A DNA stretch of 32,000 bases from Geobacter metallireducens GS-15 (GCF_000012925.1 NC_007517.1:2850001-2882000); one strand, 5' to 3'; shown: positions 17,337-26,522, counted from the stretch's first letter. Program-made: numbers and translations. The notes: generated by a model from the sequence alone, not told the origin.

Positions 17337-18971
17337 ATGATTCACCTCTCGAACATCACCAAACAGCACGGCGCCCAAGTCCTGTTCCGGGACGCCAGCT
17401 TCCAGATCCTCCCTGGCACCCGCACCGGCCTGGTTGGCCCCAACGGCGCCGGCAAGACCACCATCTTCCGGATCATCACCGGCGAAGAAGAGGTGGACGC
17501 CGGCGAGATGACCTGCGCGAAGAAGACGACCGTCGGCTACTTCTCCCAGGACGTGGGGGAGATGGCGGGCCGTTCTGCCCTGGAGGAGGTCATGGCCGGC
17601 TCGGCGGAGACGGTCAGGCTCGCCGCCGAGCTAAAGGAGATGGAGGCGGCCATGTGCGAGCCCCAATCCGACGACGAAATGGCGGCGCTCCTGGAGCGCT
17701 ACGGCGCGGCCCAGGAGGAGTTCGAGCACCGGGGAGGCTACGACCTCGACACCCGCGCCCAGACGGTTCTCACCGGCCTCGGCATCGGGCCGGACCGTTT
17801 CCATCACCCGGTGGAGTCCTTCAGCGGCGGGTGGAAGATGCGGATCGCCCTGGCGAAGATCCTTACCCTCAAGCCCGACGTCCTTCTCCTGGACGAGCCC
17901 ACCAACCACCTGGACGTGGAGTCCATTATCTGGCTGGAGGAGTGGCTGGCCAACGACTTCGACGGGGCGCTCCTCATGACGAGCCACGATCGGGACTTCA
18001 TGAACCGGATCGTGACCCGCATCATCGAGGTGGCCAACAGGACGGTCACCACCTACGGCGGCAACTACGATTTCTACGAGCGGGAGCGGGACATCCGGCG
18101 GGAGCAGCTCCTGGCAAGCCACAAGCGCCAGCAGGAGATGCTTGCCAAGGAGGAGGAATTCATCGCCCGGTTCGCCGCCCGTGCCTCCCACGCGGCCCAG
18201 GTGCAGTCACGGGTGAAGAAGCTGGAGAAGATCGAACGGATCGAGATCCCCGCCGAGGAGCGAATGGTCCGTTTCGAGTTCAGCGAGCCGCCGAGAAGCG
18301 GCGAGGACGTGGTAGTGATGGAGAATCTGGGGAAGGTCTGGCAGACCCCGGACGGGGGGGAGAAACCGGTCTTCGGCGGCGTTTCGGGCATCATCCGGCG
18401 GCTCAACAAGATCGCTGTGGTGGGGGTGAACGGCGCGGGGAAGTCTACCTTCCTCAAAGTCCTGGCGGGGCAGACCGAGCCCACGACCGGCACCGTGACC
18501 ATCGGGGCCAACGTGGAGCTGGGCTACTTCAGCCAGCACGCCATGGAGGTTCTCGACCCGAAGAAGACCGTCTTCGAGACCGTGCAGGAGGCCATGCCCC
18601 TGGCGAACATCGGCGTCATCCGCAACCTCCTGGCGGCCTTCCTCTTTCAGGGGGATACCGTGGACAAGCGGGTCGAAAACCTCTCCGGCGGGGAGAAGAG
18701 CCGGGTGGTGCTGGCAACGCTCCTGGCCCGCCCCGTCAACTTCCTCGTTCTGGACGAGCCCACCAACCACCTGGACATCCGCTCCCGGGAGATCCTCCTG
18801 GACGCCCTCCGGAACTTCGCCGGCACCGTGGTCATCGTGAGCCACGACCGCCACTTCCTCCGCTCCCTGGTGGACCGGGTCTTCGAGGTGGATCACGGCG
18901 AGATGCGGGTCTACGAGGGGGATTACTCCTATTATCTTCGCAAGAGCCACGAGCTGCACGGCCTACCCTGA
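17337..18971 (+). CDS. ABC-F family ATPase (two ABC domains, no TM domain)
   Basis: ATG 17337 is chosen over the track start 17226. The N-terminus MIHLSNITKQHG is typical. Two Walker A sites (GPNGAGKTT, GVNGAGKST) and two signature motifs (FSGGWKMR, LSGGEKSR) are present, joined by a charged inter-domain linker. Confidence 0.95.
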   Translation: MIHLSNITKQHGAQVLFRDASFQILPGTRTGLVGPNGAGKTTIFRIITGEEEVDAGEMTCAKKTTVGYFSQDVGEMAGRSALEEVMAGSAETVRLAAELKEMEAAMCEPQSDDEMAALLERYGAAQEEFEHRGGYDLDTRAQTVLTGLGIGPDRFHHPVESFSGGWKMRIALAKILTLKPDVLLLDEPTNHLDVESIIWLEEWLANDFDGALLMTSHDRDFMNRIVTRIIEVANRTVTTYGGNYDFYERERDIRREQLLASHKRQQEMLAKEEEFIARFAARASHAAQVQSRVKKLEKIERIEIPAEERMVRFEFSEPPRSGEDVVVMENLGKVWQTPDGGEKPVFGGVSGIIRRLNKIAVVGVNGAGKSTFLKVLAGQTEPTTGTVTIGANVELGYFSQHAMEVLDPKKTVFETVQEAMPLANIGVIRNLLAAFLFQGDTVDKRVENLSGGEKSRVVLATLLARPVNFLVLDEPTNHLDIRSREILLDALRNFAGTVVIVSHDRHFLRSLVDRVFEVDHGEMRVYEGDYSYYLRKSHELHGLP

Positions 18972-19101
18972 TTCCCGCTGCACACCCATTCCGTCGCGGG
19001 CATGGTGATTGACATTCAGGTGGTAACTGTTACCGTTATCTACAGTCAAACCCTCGCAAAGGGAAGCATCCGAGAACCCTGACAGGTAACGGGAGGACAG
19101 T

Positions 19102-19290
19102 ATGACGCATATCGAAACCACACGTGTTAATGAAGTGATCGGACTGCACATCGGCACCATTCAGGAGACCGCCCAGATGCTGAACGTGAACTGCGAGCTC
19201 CAGGAACTTGAGGCGCACATCGCCACGCTTGAACAGGCTATTGCCGATCTGAAAGAAAGTCTCACGGCGATACCCCATGGGAATCCGTGA
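19102..19290 (+). CDS. Hypothetical small protein, 62 aa, with a predicted coiled-coil C-terminal half
   Basis: The RBS GGGAGGA lies 4 nt before the ATG. I recognise no family. The heptad-like segment is LQELEAHIATLEQAIADLKESL. Confidence 0.45.
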   Translation: MTHIETTRVNEVIGLHIGTIQETAQMLNVNCELQELEAHIATLEQAIADLKESLTAIPHGNP

Positions 19291-19418
19291 GCCTACAAAC
19301 GTCAAGGGCGACCTCACGGGCCGCCCCAAGAGCATTTCTGCTTTTCGAGTCACCACATCTATCGACAGTGGGATACTTCCTCGGCTTTCACCGCCCTCAT
19401 CAGCGAAACCACAGATGC

Positions 19419-19934
19419 TCAGTGAATCTTCTGCTCAAACCTGAAGGACCAGGGGGGCTGGGGGTTTTCCTGCCTCCACAGCCCCAGGCGCGTTTTCCTC
19501 GCTTTATTCTCGGCGGAAACATACCGTGACGTGAAGGGCTCCCTGAGGCGTTGCCGGTAGGCCCAGGCCCACCCCTCTTCTATCATCTCGCGGTCGATAT
19601 CCCGCCCCTCAGTTGTGAGCACGCCGATGACCAAAAGGTTCTTGTCCACATCGACCACATCAACGACGACCTTTTTCCCGGCAACCTTTTTCTCCAGAGC
19701 CTGCTTGGCTTCCGAACCGAAGGGTTGCCCCGGCCGCAACTTTCGACGAACTTCGGGAGCATCGATACCGAACAGCCGGACCTTTACGGTTCTTGCACCG
19801 GACAGCAGCAAGAGCGTGTCACCGTCCAGAACCTTGGCAACAGTCCCCTCAAGGGTCTTCGAGGGTGATGCGTACGAGAGGGAAGAGGCGGCAGTGAAAA
19901 CTGCAAGGGCCAGGATGATCGTCACAATACGCAT
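19419..19934 (-). CDS. Secreted thermonuclease (staphylococcal nuclease, SNase-like) family protein
   Basis: The signal peptide is MRIVTIILALAVFTAASSLSYA. Conserved SNase core sequences are present: VLDGDTLLL...VRLFGIDAPE and ...EEGWAWAYRQ...ARKTRLGLW. Confidence 0.85.
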   Translation of the reverse strand: MRIVTIILALAVFTAASSLSYASPSKTLEGTVAKVLDGDTLLLLSGARTVKVRLFGIDAPEVRRKLRPGQPFGSEAKQALEKKVAGKKVVVDVVDVDKNLLVIGVLTTEGRDIDREMIEEGWAWAYRQRLREPFTSRYVSAENKARKTRLGLWRQENPQPPWSFRFEQKIH

Positions 19935-20028
19935 AAGTTACTCGCTGTGCAGGATTAATGATGCAACTGCCTGCGGTTGATAAATCTGTAACGCATGGAA
20001 TCCATACATCGGGGACAAATCATCAAAG

Positions 20029-20062
20029 AAAAAAAGCCGCTCCCGAAGAAGCGGCTTTTTTT
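20029..20062. terminator. Bidirectional-looking rho-independent terminator
   Basis: AAAAAAAGCCGCT-CCCGAAGA-AGCGGCTTTTTTT lies 19 nt downstream of the stop of the minus-strand K/A-rich gene. Confidence 0.8.
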
Positions 20063-20080
20063 GTTCGGCTGAAAACGGAA

Positions 20081-20326
20081 TTACTTCGCGGCAGGAGCTT
20101 CAGCAGGAGCAGCAGCCGGAGCTTCTTCCTTCTTCACGGCTTTCTTGGCTTTCTTGGCCTTCTTGTGCTTCTTGTGGGCCTTAGCCGGCTTCTTCTCTTC
20201 TTTCTTCACTTCGCCAGCGGCGGGAGCAACAGGAGCCTCAGTCTTGACGGGCTCGGCAGCGCAGACGATACCGGCGAAAGAAATGGCGACGAGAGCAGCG
20301 GTGATGGTGGAGAGAACTTTTTTCAT
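20081..20326 (-). CDS. Small secreted Lys/Ala/Pro-rich polycationic protein, 81 aa
   Basis: I prefer ATG 20326 (GGAGG 9 nt upstream) to the track start 20386. The signal peptide is MKKVLSTITAALVAISFAGIVCA. The mature part is low-complexity: ...KKEEKKPAKAHKKHKKAKKAKKAVKKEE... Confidence 0.65.
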   Translation of the reverse strand: MKKVLSTITAALVAISFAGIVCAAEPVKTEAPVAPAAGEVKKEEKKPAKAHKKHKKAKKAKKAVKKEEAPAAAPAEAPAAK

Positions 20327-20374
20327 TTTGTTGAATCCTCCTATTCCGGAATTTGGTGAATCTATCGTGGTAAA

Positions 20375-20390
20375 AGCATCTATCATGCCA
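20375..20390 (-). promoter_or_regulatory. Candidate sigma-54 (-24/-12) promoter of the K/A-rich gene
   Basis: The minus strand TGGCATGATAGATGCT has correct GG-N10-GC spacing against the consensus TGGCACG-N4-TTGCW. It lies about 50 nt upstream of ATG 20326. Confidence 0.45.
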
Positions 20391-20549
20391 GCATATCAAC
20401 ATTTACAACAAATTGATTTTACTACTATTTTTCACCTTGCCCAACCAGCATGACACTTAAAGGCAACCTTAAATTCTCCACACCGTACCTTATTTGAGGT
20501 ATTTGCAAAAAAATCGAACGGAACGACCACATCGACCGCCCCTTCTCGA

Positions 20550-20657
20550 CTATTCCTGCTTCTCAAAGTTCCCCTTTTCCTGGCATTGGGGACATTTCTG
20601 GGGCTTGCACCGCCCCTCCTTGGTAAAGCCGCAGGTGCTGCATTTCCAGGTTGCCAT
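20550..20657 (-). CDS. 35-aa rubredoxin-like zinc/iron ribbon protein (not in the supplied ORF track)
   Basis: My hand translation gives MATWKCSTCGFTKEGRCKPQKCPQCQEKGNFEKQE. The pattern is C-x2-C-x12-C-x2-C. Its ATG (20657-20655) overlaps the TGA of the upstream M16 gene by 1 nt (TGATG), which suggests translational coupling. Confidence 0.55.
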   Translation of the reverse strand: MATWKCSTCGFTKEGRCKPQKCPQCQEKGNFEKQE

Positions 20658-22096
20658 CACTTCGCTCCTTTCTCGGTTCCGTTTTCCAGCTTGATCTCCT
20701 CCACCGTGCCAAAGGTGGAGAGGGGCTTGTCGAAGGTCTTGTCGTCACCGGCCACGACAGTCACCATCCGGTCGGGCTTCAGGTATTTCCGCGCCACCCG
20801 GAGGACGTCGTCCTTCGTGACCTTGGCGATGTTGGCCCGGTAGTTCTCCAAATATCCCTCGGGGTAACCGTAAAATTCAATCCGCGCCCGTTGGGCCACC
20901 ACGGCGTCGGTGCGGGCAAAGCCGAAGATGAAAGAATTGATGATGGAGTCCTTGGCCAGGGTCAGCTCGGCGTCGGTGACCGGCTCCTTCGTCATGCCGG
21001 CGATGATTGCGCGCATGAGGCCGATGGCCTTGGCGGTGGTTTCGCTCTTGGTTTCGGTCTCGGCCTCGAAGGTGCCGATGAAGCGTCTGCCGATGTCGAA
21101 GGAGGCGTGGACGTTGTAGGCAAGCCCCTCGTTGGAGCGGATCTCGGTCATGAGACGAGAGGTGAAGCCGCCCCCCAGGATGTAGTCCATGACCCGAATG
21201 GCATAGAGGTCGGGGTTGTTCTTGTCGATTCCCGGGTGCCCCATGCGGATGGCCGACTGGGGCACGGCCTTTCTGGCCAGGAGCACGACGGGCTTCACCT
21301 CCCTGGCCGGCTCTGGGACGGAGGGGAAGGCGATCTCCTCACGCTTCCACCCGGCAAAGGTCTTCTCCAGGAGGGCGATCATCTCCTTCTTGTCGAAGTC
21401 GCCGGCAACGGCGAGGATCACGTTATTGGGATGGAAATACTCCCTATGGAAGGCCACCATGTCATCGCGGGTGATGGCGGTGACCGTCTCGACGGTGGGG
21501 ACCCGCCCCAGGGGGTGGTTGGGATAGACGGCCTTCTGGAACTCCCGGTCGGCGATCTCCTTGGAATCATCGTTCTGGCGGCGCAGGGCCTCGATGGTCC
21601 GCTTCTTGGCCAGGGCCACCCGGTCCTCGCTGAAGGCTGGGGCCATCATCACCTGGGCAAAAAGCTCCAGGGTCCGGGGAAGGTTCCGCTTGAGACAGGT
21701 CAGGGAGACGCCCCCCGAATCCGCGCCAATGCTCGACTCCACCCCCGAGGCCATGAACTCAAGCTCCGCGTCCAAGGCCGAGGGGGCAAGTTCCCTGGTG
21801 CCGCCGCTCCGCATGACCGCGCCGGTGAGGCCGGCGAGCCCCGTCTTGTCGGCCGGCTCGTAGATACTCCCCACGTTCACGTAGGCGGTGAGGCTCACCA
21901 GGGGAAGCTCCCGGTCGGGAAGCATATGGACGACCATGCCGTTATTCAGCACGACCCGCTCGGTCTTCGGCACCTCGAAAACAAGCGGCGGGAAAGTCAT
22001 GGTGCGGGGATCGGCCTTCTTCGCCTCGGCCCCGAAGGCGACAACGGGCAGCAGCGCTACAAGAATGATGAGTGCAAATCGTTTCACGATGATCAT
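20657..22096 (-). CDS. M16-family peptidase-like protein, non-catalytic type (no HxxEH), secreted
   Basis: The signal peptide is MIIVKRFALIILVALLPVVAFGA. It is M16-like throughout, but the zinc-binding position reads GLAGLTGAVMRSGGT instead of HxxEH. Confidence 0.9.
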   Translation of the reverse strand: MIIVKRFALIILVALLPVVAFGAEAKKADPRTMTFPPLVFEVPKTERVVLNNGMVVHMLPDRELPLVSLTAYVNVGSIYEPADKTGLAGLTGAVMRSGGTRELAPSALDAELEFMASGVESSIGADSGGVSLTCLKRNLPRTLELFAQVMMAPAFSEDRVALAKKRTIEALRRQNDDSKEIADREFQKAVYPNHPLGRVPTVETVTAITRDDMVAFHREYFHPNNVILAVAGDFDKKEMIALLEKTFAGWKREEIAFPSVPEPAREVKPVVLLARKAVPQSAIRMGHPGIDKNNPDLYAIRVMDYILGGGFTSRLMTEIRSNEGLAYNVHASFDIGRRFIGTFEAETETKSETTAKAIGLMRAIIAGMTKEPVTDAELTLAKDSIINSFIFGFARTDAVVAQRARIEFYGYPEGYLENYRANIAKVTKDDVLRVARKYLKPDRMVTVVAGDDKTFDKPLSTFGTVEEIKLENGTEKGAK

Positions 22097-22114
22097 GGAT
22101 TGTCCCCGTTACCC

Positions 22115-23605
22115 TTAGTTCTCTGTCTTCTTGGTGATGAAGCCCACGATCCGGTTCTCCCGCGTGAAATACTTCCGCGCCACGCGGATCACGTCGTCGG
22201 GGGTCACCTTGGCCACCTTGCTCCGGTGCTCGATCAGGTAGCGCCAGGTGCCCGCCACCGCCTCGTACTCGGTGAGATTGCGGGCGAGTCCGCCGTTGGA
22301 AAGCATCTGGCGGCTCTCCTCGTACTCCAGCTTATTGAGGATTTGCTGCAGTTCCCGCTCGGTGATGGGCTCCTTCTTCAAGCGCTCCAGCTCTTCGTAG
22401 ACGGAGGCCTCCACCTCGGCCACGGTGTGGGGGGCGCGGGTGGTGGCGGCGATGACAAAGAGGTTCGGATAGCGGTTCCCCGGCGCCGAGAAGCTGGAAA
22501 CCTCGGTGGCCAGCTGCTTCTCGACGATGAGTTTCTTATAGAGACGGGAAGTGCGGCCGTCGGCCAGGACCATGTCGATGACGTCGAAGACATAGTCATC
22601 CGCGGCCGGGAGGCTCGGTTTGTGGAAGCCCATGAGGAGCTCAGGCTCGGAATCGGCAATAATCTCCACCCGCCGCTCCCCTTCCTGGCGGGGCTCTACC
22701 ACCGCCACGGGAGGCACAGGGGTCCCCAGGGGGATGGTGCTGAAGTACTTCTCCACCAGGGCGATGGTCTTCTCGGGATCAATGTCCCCCACGACCGCCA
22801 CGATGGCGTTGTTGGGCTTGTAGTACCTGGTGAGGAACTCCTCCGCCTTGGTCCGGGTCAGGTTCTCGATGTCGGACATCCAGCCGATGGTCGGCTGGCC
22901 GAAGGGGTGGGCGTGGTAGGAGGAGGCCACGAAGTTCTCCCAGAGCTTCGACCCCGGCTCGGTGTCGTAGGAGCGGCGTCGCTCCTCCATCACCACGTCC
23001 CGCTCCGTATAGAACTCACGAAGCACGGCATTCTGCATCCGGTCACTCTCGATGGCAGCCCAGAGCTCCAGCTTGTTGGCCGGCATGTTGATGAGGTAGG
23101 TGGTGCCGTCCTTGCTCGTGAAGGCGTTGTAGCCGGTGCCGCCGTTTCGGGCGTAGATCTCGGCGAACTCCTCCTTGATGACGTACTTGGCCGCCTCGGC
23201 CTCCAGTTCGTTGAGCTTCTTCTGCAGTTCGGCCACCCTGGCCGGATCGGCCTTGTCCCCCTTGGCCTTCTCCGCCACAAGGGGGAGGGCCGTCGCCTCG
23301 ATCTTGTCCAGGAGCGGCTTCTCGGCAGCGTAATCCTTCGTACCGAGGGTCTTGGTCCCCTTGAAGAGCATGTGCTCCAGGAGGTGGGCAAGCCCCCGCT
23401 CATCGCTCCGCTCATCCACGCTCCCCACCCGGAAGCGGATCCAGGCGGCCACCGTGGGGGAGGTGTGGCGCTCCACCATGAGGAGCTTCATGCCGTTTCT
23501 CAGGGTATGCTCCCGCACCCGCTCCTCCAGGCCGGCCCCGAAGGCGGGCAGGGAGAAGAGCATCACCATGAAGCAGACAACAAATCGTACCGTTTTCATC
23601 AGCAC
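22115..23605 (-). CDS. M16-family zinc metallopeptidase (pitrilysin-like, HxxEH present), secreted
   Basis: The signal peptide is MKTVRFVVCFMVMLFSLPAFGA. The inverted zinc motif is GLAHLLEHMLFKGT. It is paired with the downstream inactive-type subunit, 18 nt away. Confidence 0.92.
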   Translation of the reverse strand: MLMKTVRFVVCFMVMLFSLPAFGAGLEERVREHTLRNGMKLLMVERHTSPTVAAWIRFRVGSVDERSDERGLAHLLEHMLFKGTKTLGTKDYAAEKPLLDKIEATALPLVAEKAKGDKADPARVAELQKKLNELEAEAAKYVIKEEFAEIYARNGGTGYNAFTSKDGTTYLINMPANKLELWAAIESDRMQNAVLREFYTERDVVMEERRRSYDTEPGSKLWENFVASSYHAHPFGQPTIGWMSDIENLTRTKAEEFLTRYYKPNNAIVAVVGDIDPEKTIALVEKYFSTIPLGTPVPPVAVVEPRQEGERRVEIIADSEPELLMGFHKPSLPAADDYVFDVIDMVLADGRTSRLYKKLIVEKQLATEVSSFSAPGNRYPNLFVIAATTRAPHTVAEVEASVYEELERLKKEPITERELQQILNKLEYEESRQMLSNGGLARNLTEYEAVAGTWRYLIEHRSKVAKVTPDDVIRVARKYFTRENRIVGFITKKTEN

Positions 23606-23754
23606 CTCGTTTCGTTCCCTCTATTGAACCCGGATATTCCCTTGGCCGGCACGGCGCACCGGCACGTCGTTGCCGGATACCCGTACCAAGTCCTCGCAGC
23701 CGTACTGACGGGCGATGGTTTCCATTGTATCGCGAAGGGGGCCCCCCCGCACCC

Positions 23755-24726
23755 CTAGGGCTTCGTCGCGGTAAAGATTGCCCGCAGCGGCGCCGGGTGC
23801 CCTTCCATCGTCTTCCCGCCGTCATCCGGATCAAGGAAATCCGCCAGCGACTCGAAGCGCATCCACTCCGTCGCGCGCTGCTCCTCGCAGGTGGTGCGGG
23901 TGGCGTCGACACAGGCAATCTCCGTGAAGCCGCAGCGCTGCAGCCAAAGGGTCAGCGCCGCAATCGACGGGAGGAACCAGACATTGCGCATCTTGGCGTA
24001 GCGTCCCGGCGGCATGAAGATCGTCTCCTGCCCCCCCTCGACAATCAGCGTCTCCAGAATCAGCTCCCCTCCCGGGCGCAGGCACCCCTTCAACTCCAGA
24101 AGATGATCCAGGGGAGAACGCCGATGGTAGAGGACCCCCATGGAGAAGACACTGTCGAAGCAGGCCGGATTCGGCGGGACATCCTCAATGCCGATGGGGA
24201 TGACATGATGCCGGGGATCCCGCAGGTAGCGCTGCATCACCTGGAACTGCATCACCGAAACCAGAAAGGGCTCGATGCCGAGGACGAAGTCGGCGCCGGC
24301 GCCGCGCATACGCCAGCCATGATAGCCGTTGCCGCAGCCGACATCCAGGACTTTGCGCCCGGCGAGCGGCTGAATGTGCGGCAGCAGGCGCTCCCACTTC
24401 CAGTCGGAGCGCCACTCGGTATCGATCTCGATGCCGAAGACACTGTAGGGGCCCTTGCGCCAGGGGTGAAAGGCCTGCAGCCCGAGGATGAGATCTTCGC
24501 GAGTGACTGAGCAGAGATCGGCGCCGGAACCGATGGTGACAGTGTCCTGCAGTGCAATCCGGGATGGGTGCAGCTCCGGCAGCGCCTGCAGCGCGCTCAG
24601 CCAGCCCGGCATATCGCCGTACCGTTGGAGGAGCTGGCTCTCGGACAGGGTCACCTGCAACTGCTCGGCCCAGCGCTCCTGCCCCATGGCGGCAAGGTGC
24701 GGAAAGAGAGCGTCGTACCAGCTCAT
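23755..24726 (-). CDS. cmoB: tRNA U34 carboxymethyltransferase CmoB
   Basis: It shows strong similarity to E. coli CmoB: [30 protein letters not shown]..., [17 protein letters not shown], and [14 protein letters not shown]...[16 protein letters not shown] 24726 overlaps the cmoA stop (ATGA). The track start 24759 is less likely. Confidence 0.95.
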
Positions 24727-25529
24727 TTCATCGCCACCAGAGAGGCAAAGTTGAAACACTGGAACCAGAGCTCGGAGAACGAAAAGCCCGCCGCCTGCAG
24801 GCGCTCATGATGGCAGGCAAGGGTCTCGGGGATCAGCACCTTTTCCAGCGCCGACCGTTTCTGGCTGATTTCCAGATCGCTGTAGCCGTTGGCCCGTTTG
24901 AAATCGTGATGCAGCTCTTCATGGAACTGCTGCCGCCCCGGCTCGCCGAAAGCGATCTTCTCGGAGAGGATGAGCACGCCGCCAGGCCTGAGCCCGGCAT
25001 GGATCCGCTCAAGCAGCGCCAGGCGCTCTGCCGGGGGGATGAACTGCAGGGTGAAGTTGAGGACCACGACCGAGGCGTTCTCAATGGCGACCTCCTGCAG
25101 ATCGGCACAGATCATGGTCACCGGCACCGTCGGTGCCGTATCGAGGGCCAGCAGCTCACGGCCCCGCGCGATCATCGCCGGGGAGTTATCCACCGCAATA
25201 ATGTCACAGTCCGGCTGAGTGATCCGCTGGCGCATGGCAAGGCTGACCGCCCCCAGGGAACAGCCGAGATCATAGCAGTGACTCCCGGCCTGGGCATATT
25301 TCGCGGCAACGATGCCGATATTGGAGATTATCATGCCGTAGCCGGGGACCGAGCGCTGTATCATGTCGGGAAAGACCGCGACAACCCGTTCATCGAATTG
25401 AAAATCGATCATTTTCTGAAGGGGTGCCGCATAGATGGCATCAGTCTTGTGGGTCACGGTCTCCTGGTCCTTTTCAATCTGGTTATTCGTAAATAAGGTG
25501 AAGATATCGGGTTTGCTGCCGGACATCAA
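24723..25529 (-). CDS. cmoA: Carboxy-S-adenosyl-L-methionine synthase CmoA
   Basis: It is near-collinear with E. coli CmoA: [76 protein letters not shown], and [16 protein letters not shown]. Confidence 0.95.
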
Positions 25530-25617
25530 CCCTTGTTAGCTGACACAGCACATACCGGCCGGAGCAGGGCGCAGCAAGCTGTACGATGGTTGAGCTGCAT
25601 TCTTCTCGACTTTCCAT

Positions 25618-25646
25618 TTGACACAATGTAGCCAGTGGGATACAGT
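25618..25646 (+). promoter_or_regulatory. Candidate sigma-70 promoter of the toxin-antitoxin operon
   Basis: TTGACA (25618-25623), a 17-nt spacer, TACAGT (25641-25646). The -10 ends only 6 nt before ATG 25653, which would imply a leaderless or near-leaderless transcript. Confidence 0.45.
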
Positions 25647-25652
25647 TTGTTT

Positions 25653-25943
25653 ATGATCGAAATCCGCAAAACCGAACATTTTGCCAACTGGCTCGATAAC
25701 TTACGTGATATTCAAGCGAAGGCTCGTGTCCTTGTAAGGATTGAGCGTCTTGCTTCTGGAAACGCAGGCGACGTTAAGCCTGTGGGTGAAGGTGTTTCGG
25801 AAATGCGGATCAACTACGGTCCCGGTTATCGAGTTTATTTTATCCAACGTGGCAGCGAATTGATCATCCTTTTGGCTGGTGGCGACAAGAGCAGCCAGTC
25901 TCGGGATATCAAGGCAGCTGTCCGGCTTGCTCAGAACCTATAG
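25653..25943 (+). CDS. Type II toxin, RelE/HigB-superfamily addiction-module killer protein
   Basis: MIEIRKTEHFANWLDNLRD..ARVLVRIERLASGNAGDVKPVGEGVSEMRINYGPGYRVYF...LLAGGDKSSQSRDIKAA matches the conserved pattern of the addiction-module killer family. An antidote gene lies 9 nt downstream. Confidence 0.85.
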   Translation: MIEIRKTEHFANWLDNLRDIQAKARVLVRIERLASGNAGDVKPVGEGVSEMRINYGPGYRVYFIQRGSELIILLAGGDKSSQSRDIKAAVRLAQNL

Positions 25944-25952
25944 GAGTTTAAA

Positions 25953-26249
25953 ATGACCAAAACAGCTACCAGTCGTTATGATGTTGCAGAACATCTCCGT
26001 ACTCCTGAGGAAATGGCGGCCTATTTAGAAGCCTCCTTTGAAGAGGCCAATGGCGATGCCGCTTTCATTGCAAAGGCTCTTGGCGACATAGCACGCGCTA
26101 AAGGTATGTCTCAAGTGGCGCGCGATGCTGGCCTTTCTCGCGAAAGTCTTTATAAGGCACTTTCAGGTGAGCGTGTTCCTGGTTTTGATACTATTTTAAA
26201 AATCGTTTCAGCACTGGGACTCAAACTTCACGCAGAGGCCGCTCACTAG
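25953..26249 (+). CDS. Type II antitoxin, HigA-family addiction-module antidote protein (HTH)
   Basis: YDVAEHLRTPEEMAAYLEASFEE.GDAAFIAKALGDIARAKGMSQVARDAGLSRESLYKALSGE..PGFDTILKIVSALGLKL matches the antidote family partnered with the upstream killer. Confidence 0.85.
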   Translation: MTKTATSRYDVAEHLRTPEEMAAYLEASFEEANGDAAFIAKALGDIARAKGMSQVARDAGLSRESLYKALSGERVPGFDTILKIVSALGLKLHAEAAH

Positions 26250-26522
26250 TTTTTTGTTTTTTGTAGTAGAGCGAAGAGTCTTTTGTGATCAGGTCTCAAC
26301 TTCTGGCACACCTCGGGAGACCAAAATGAGACGTAGTTGGCCTGTTGACTTCTTCCTCTAAGGCTCTCGTTGCTCAACAAATCAACTACGTCCCCTTACG
26401 TCTTATTCTTGATCTTTGTGGAACACCTGCTGGCGACCGTTACCACGGTTGATAAGGTGGTATATCTCTCCGCCAGCATGTCCTTGTGCGATTCTTGGCA
26501 TCACACTACCTCAAAAAGTAGC

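Noticed and set aside
23621-23725. 34-aa minus-strand ORF (METIARQYGCEDLVRVSGNDVPVRRAGQGNIRVQ) between cmoB and the M16 operon
   Set aside because: It has no Shine-Dalgarno and no recognisable family, and it lies in what is more plausibly the M16 promoter region. The evidence is not sufficient to call it.
20651-23758. 1035-aa plus-strand ORF, the longest ORF in this part of the track
   Set aside because: It is an antisense shadow ORF across the two M16 peptidase genes. Its translation is low-complexity (G/L/H/V/D-rich) with no recognisable motifs. The minus-strand ORFs have signal peptides, the HxxEH zinc motif and clear family resemblance. Long stop-free antisense frames are expected in DNA this GC-rich.
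25530-25652. A tRNA or tmRNA gene as the island integration site at the GC break
   Set aside because: I looked on both strands for a T-arm-like GGTTCGAATCC motif and for cloverleaf-capable stems, and found none here or elsewhere in the window. A proper tRNAscan-type search is still advisable.
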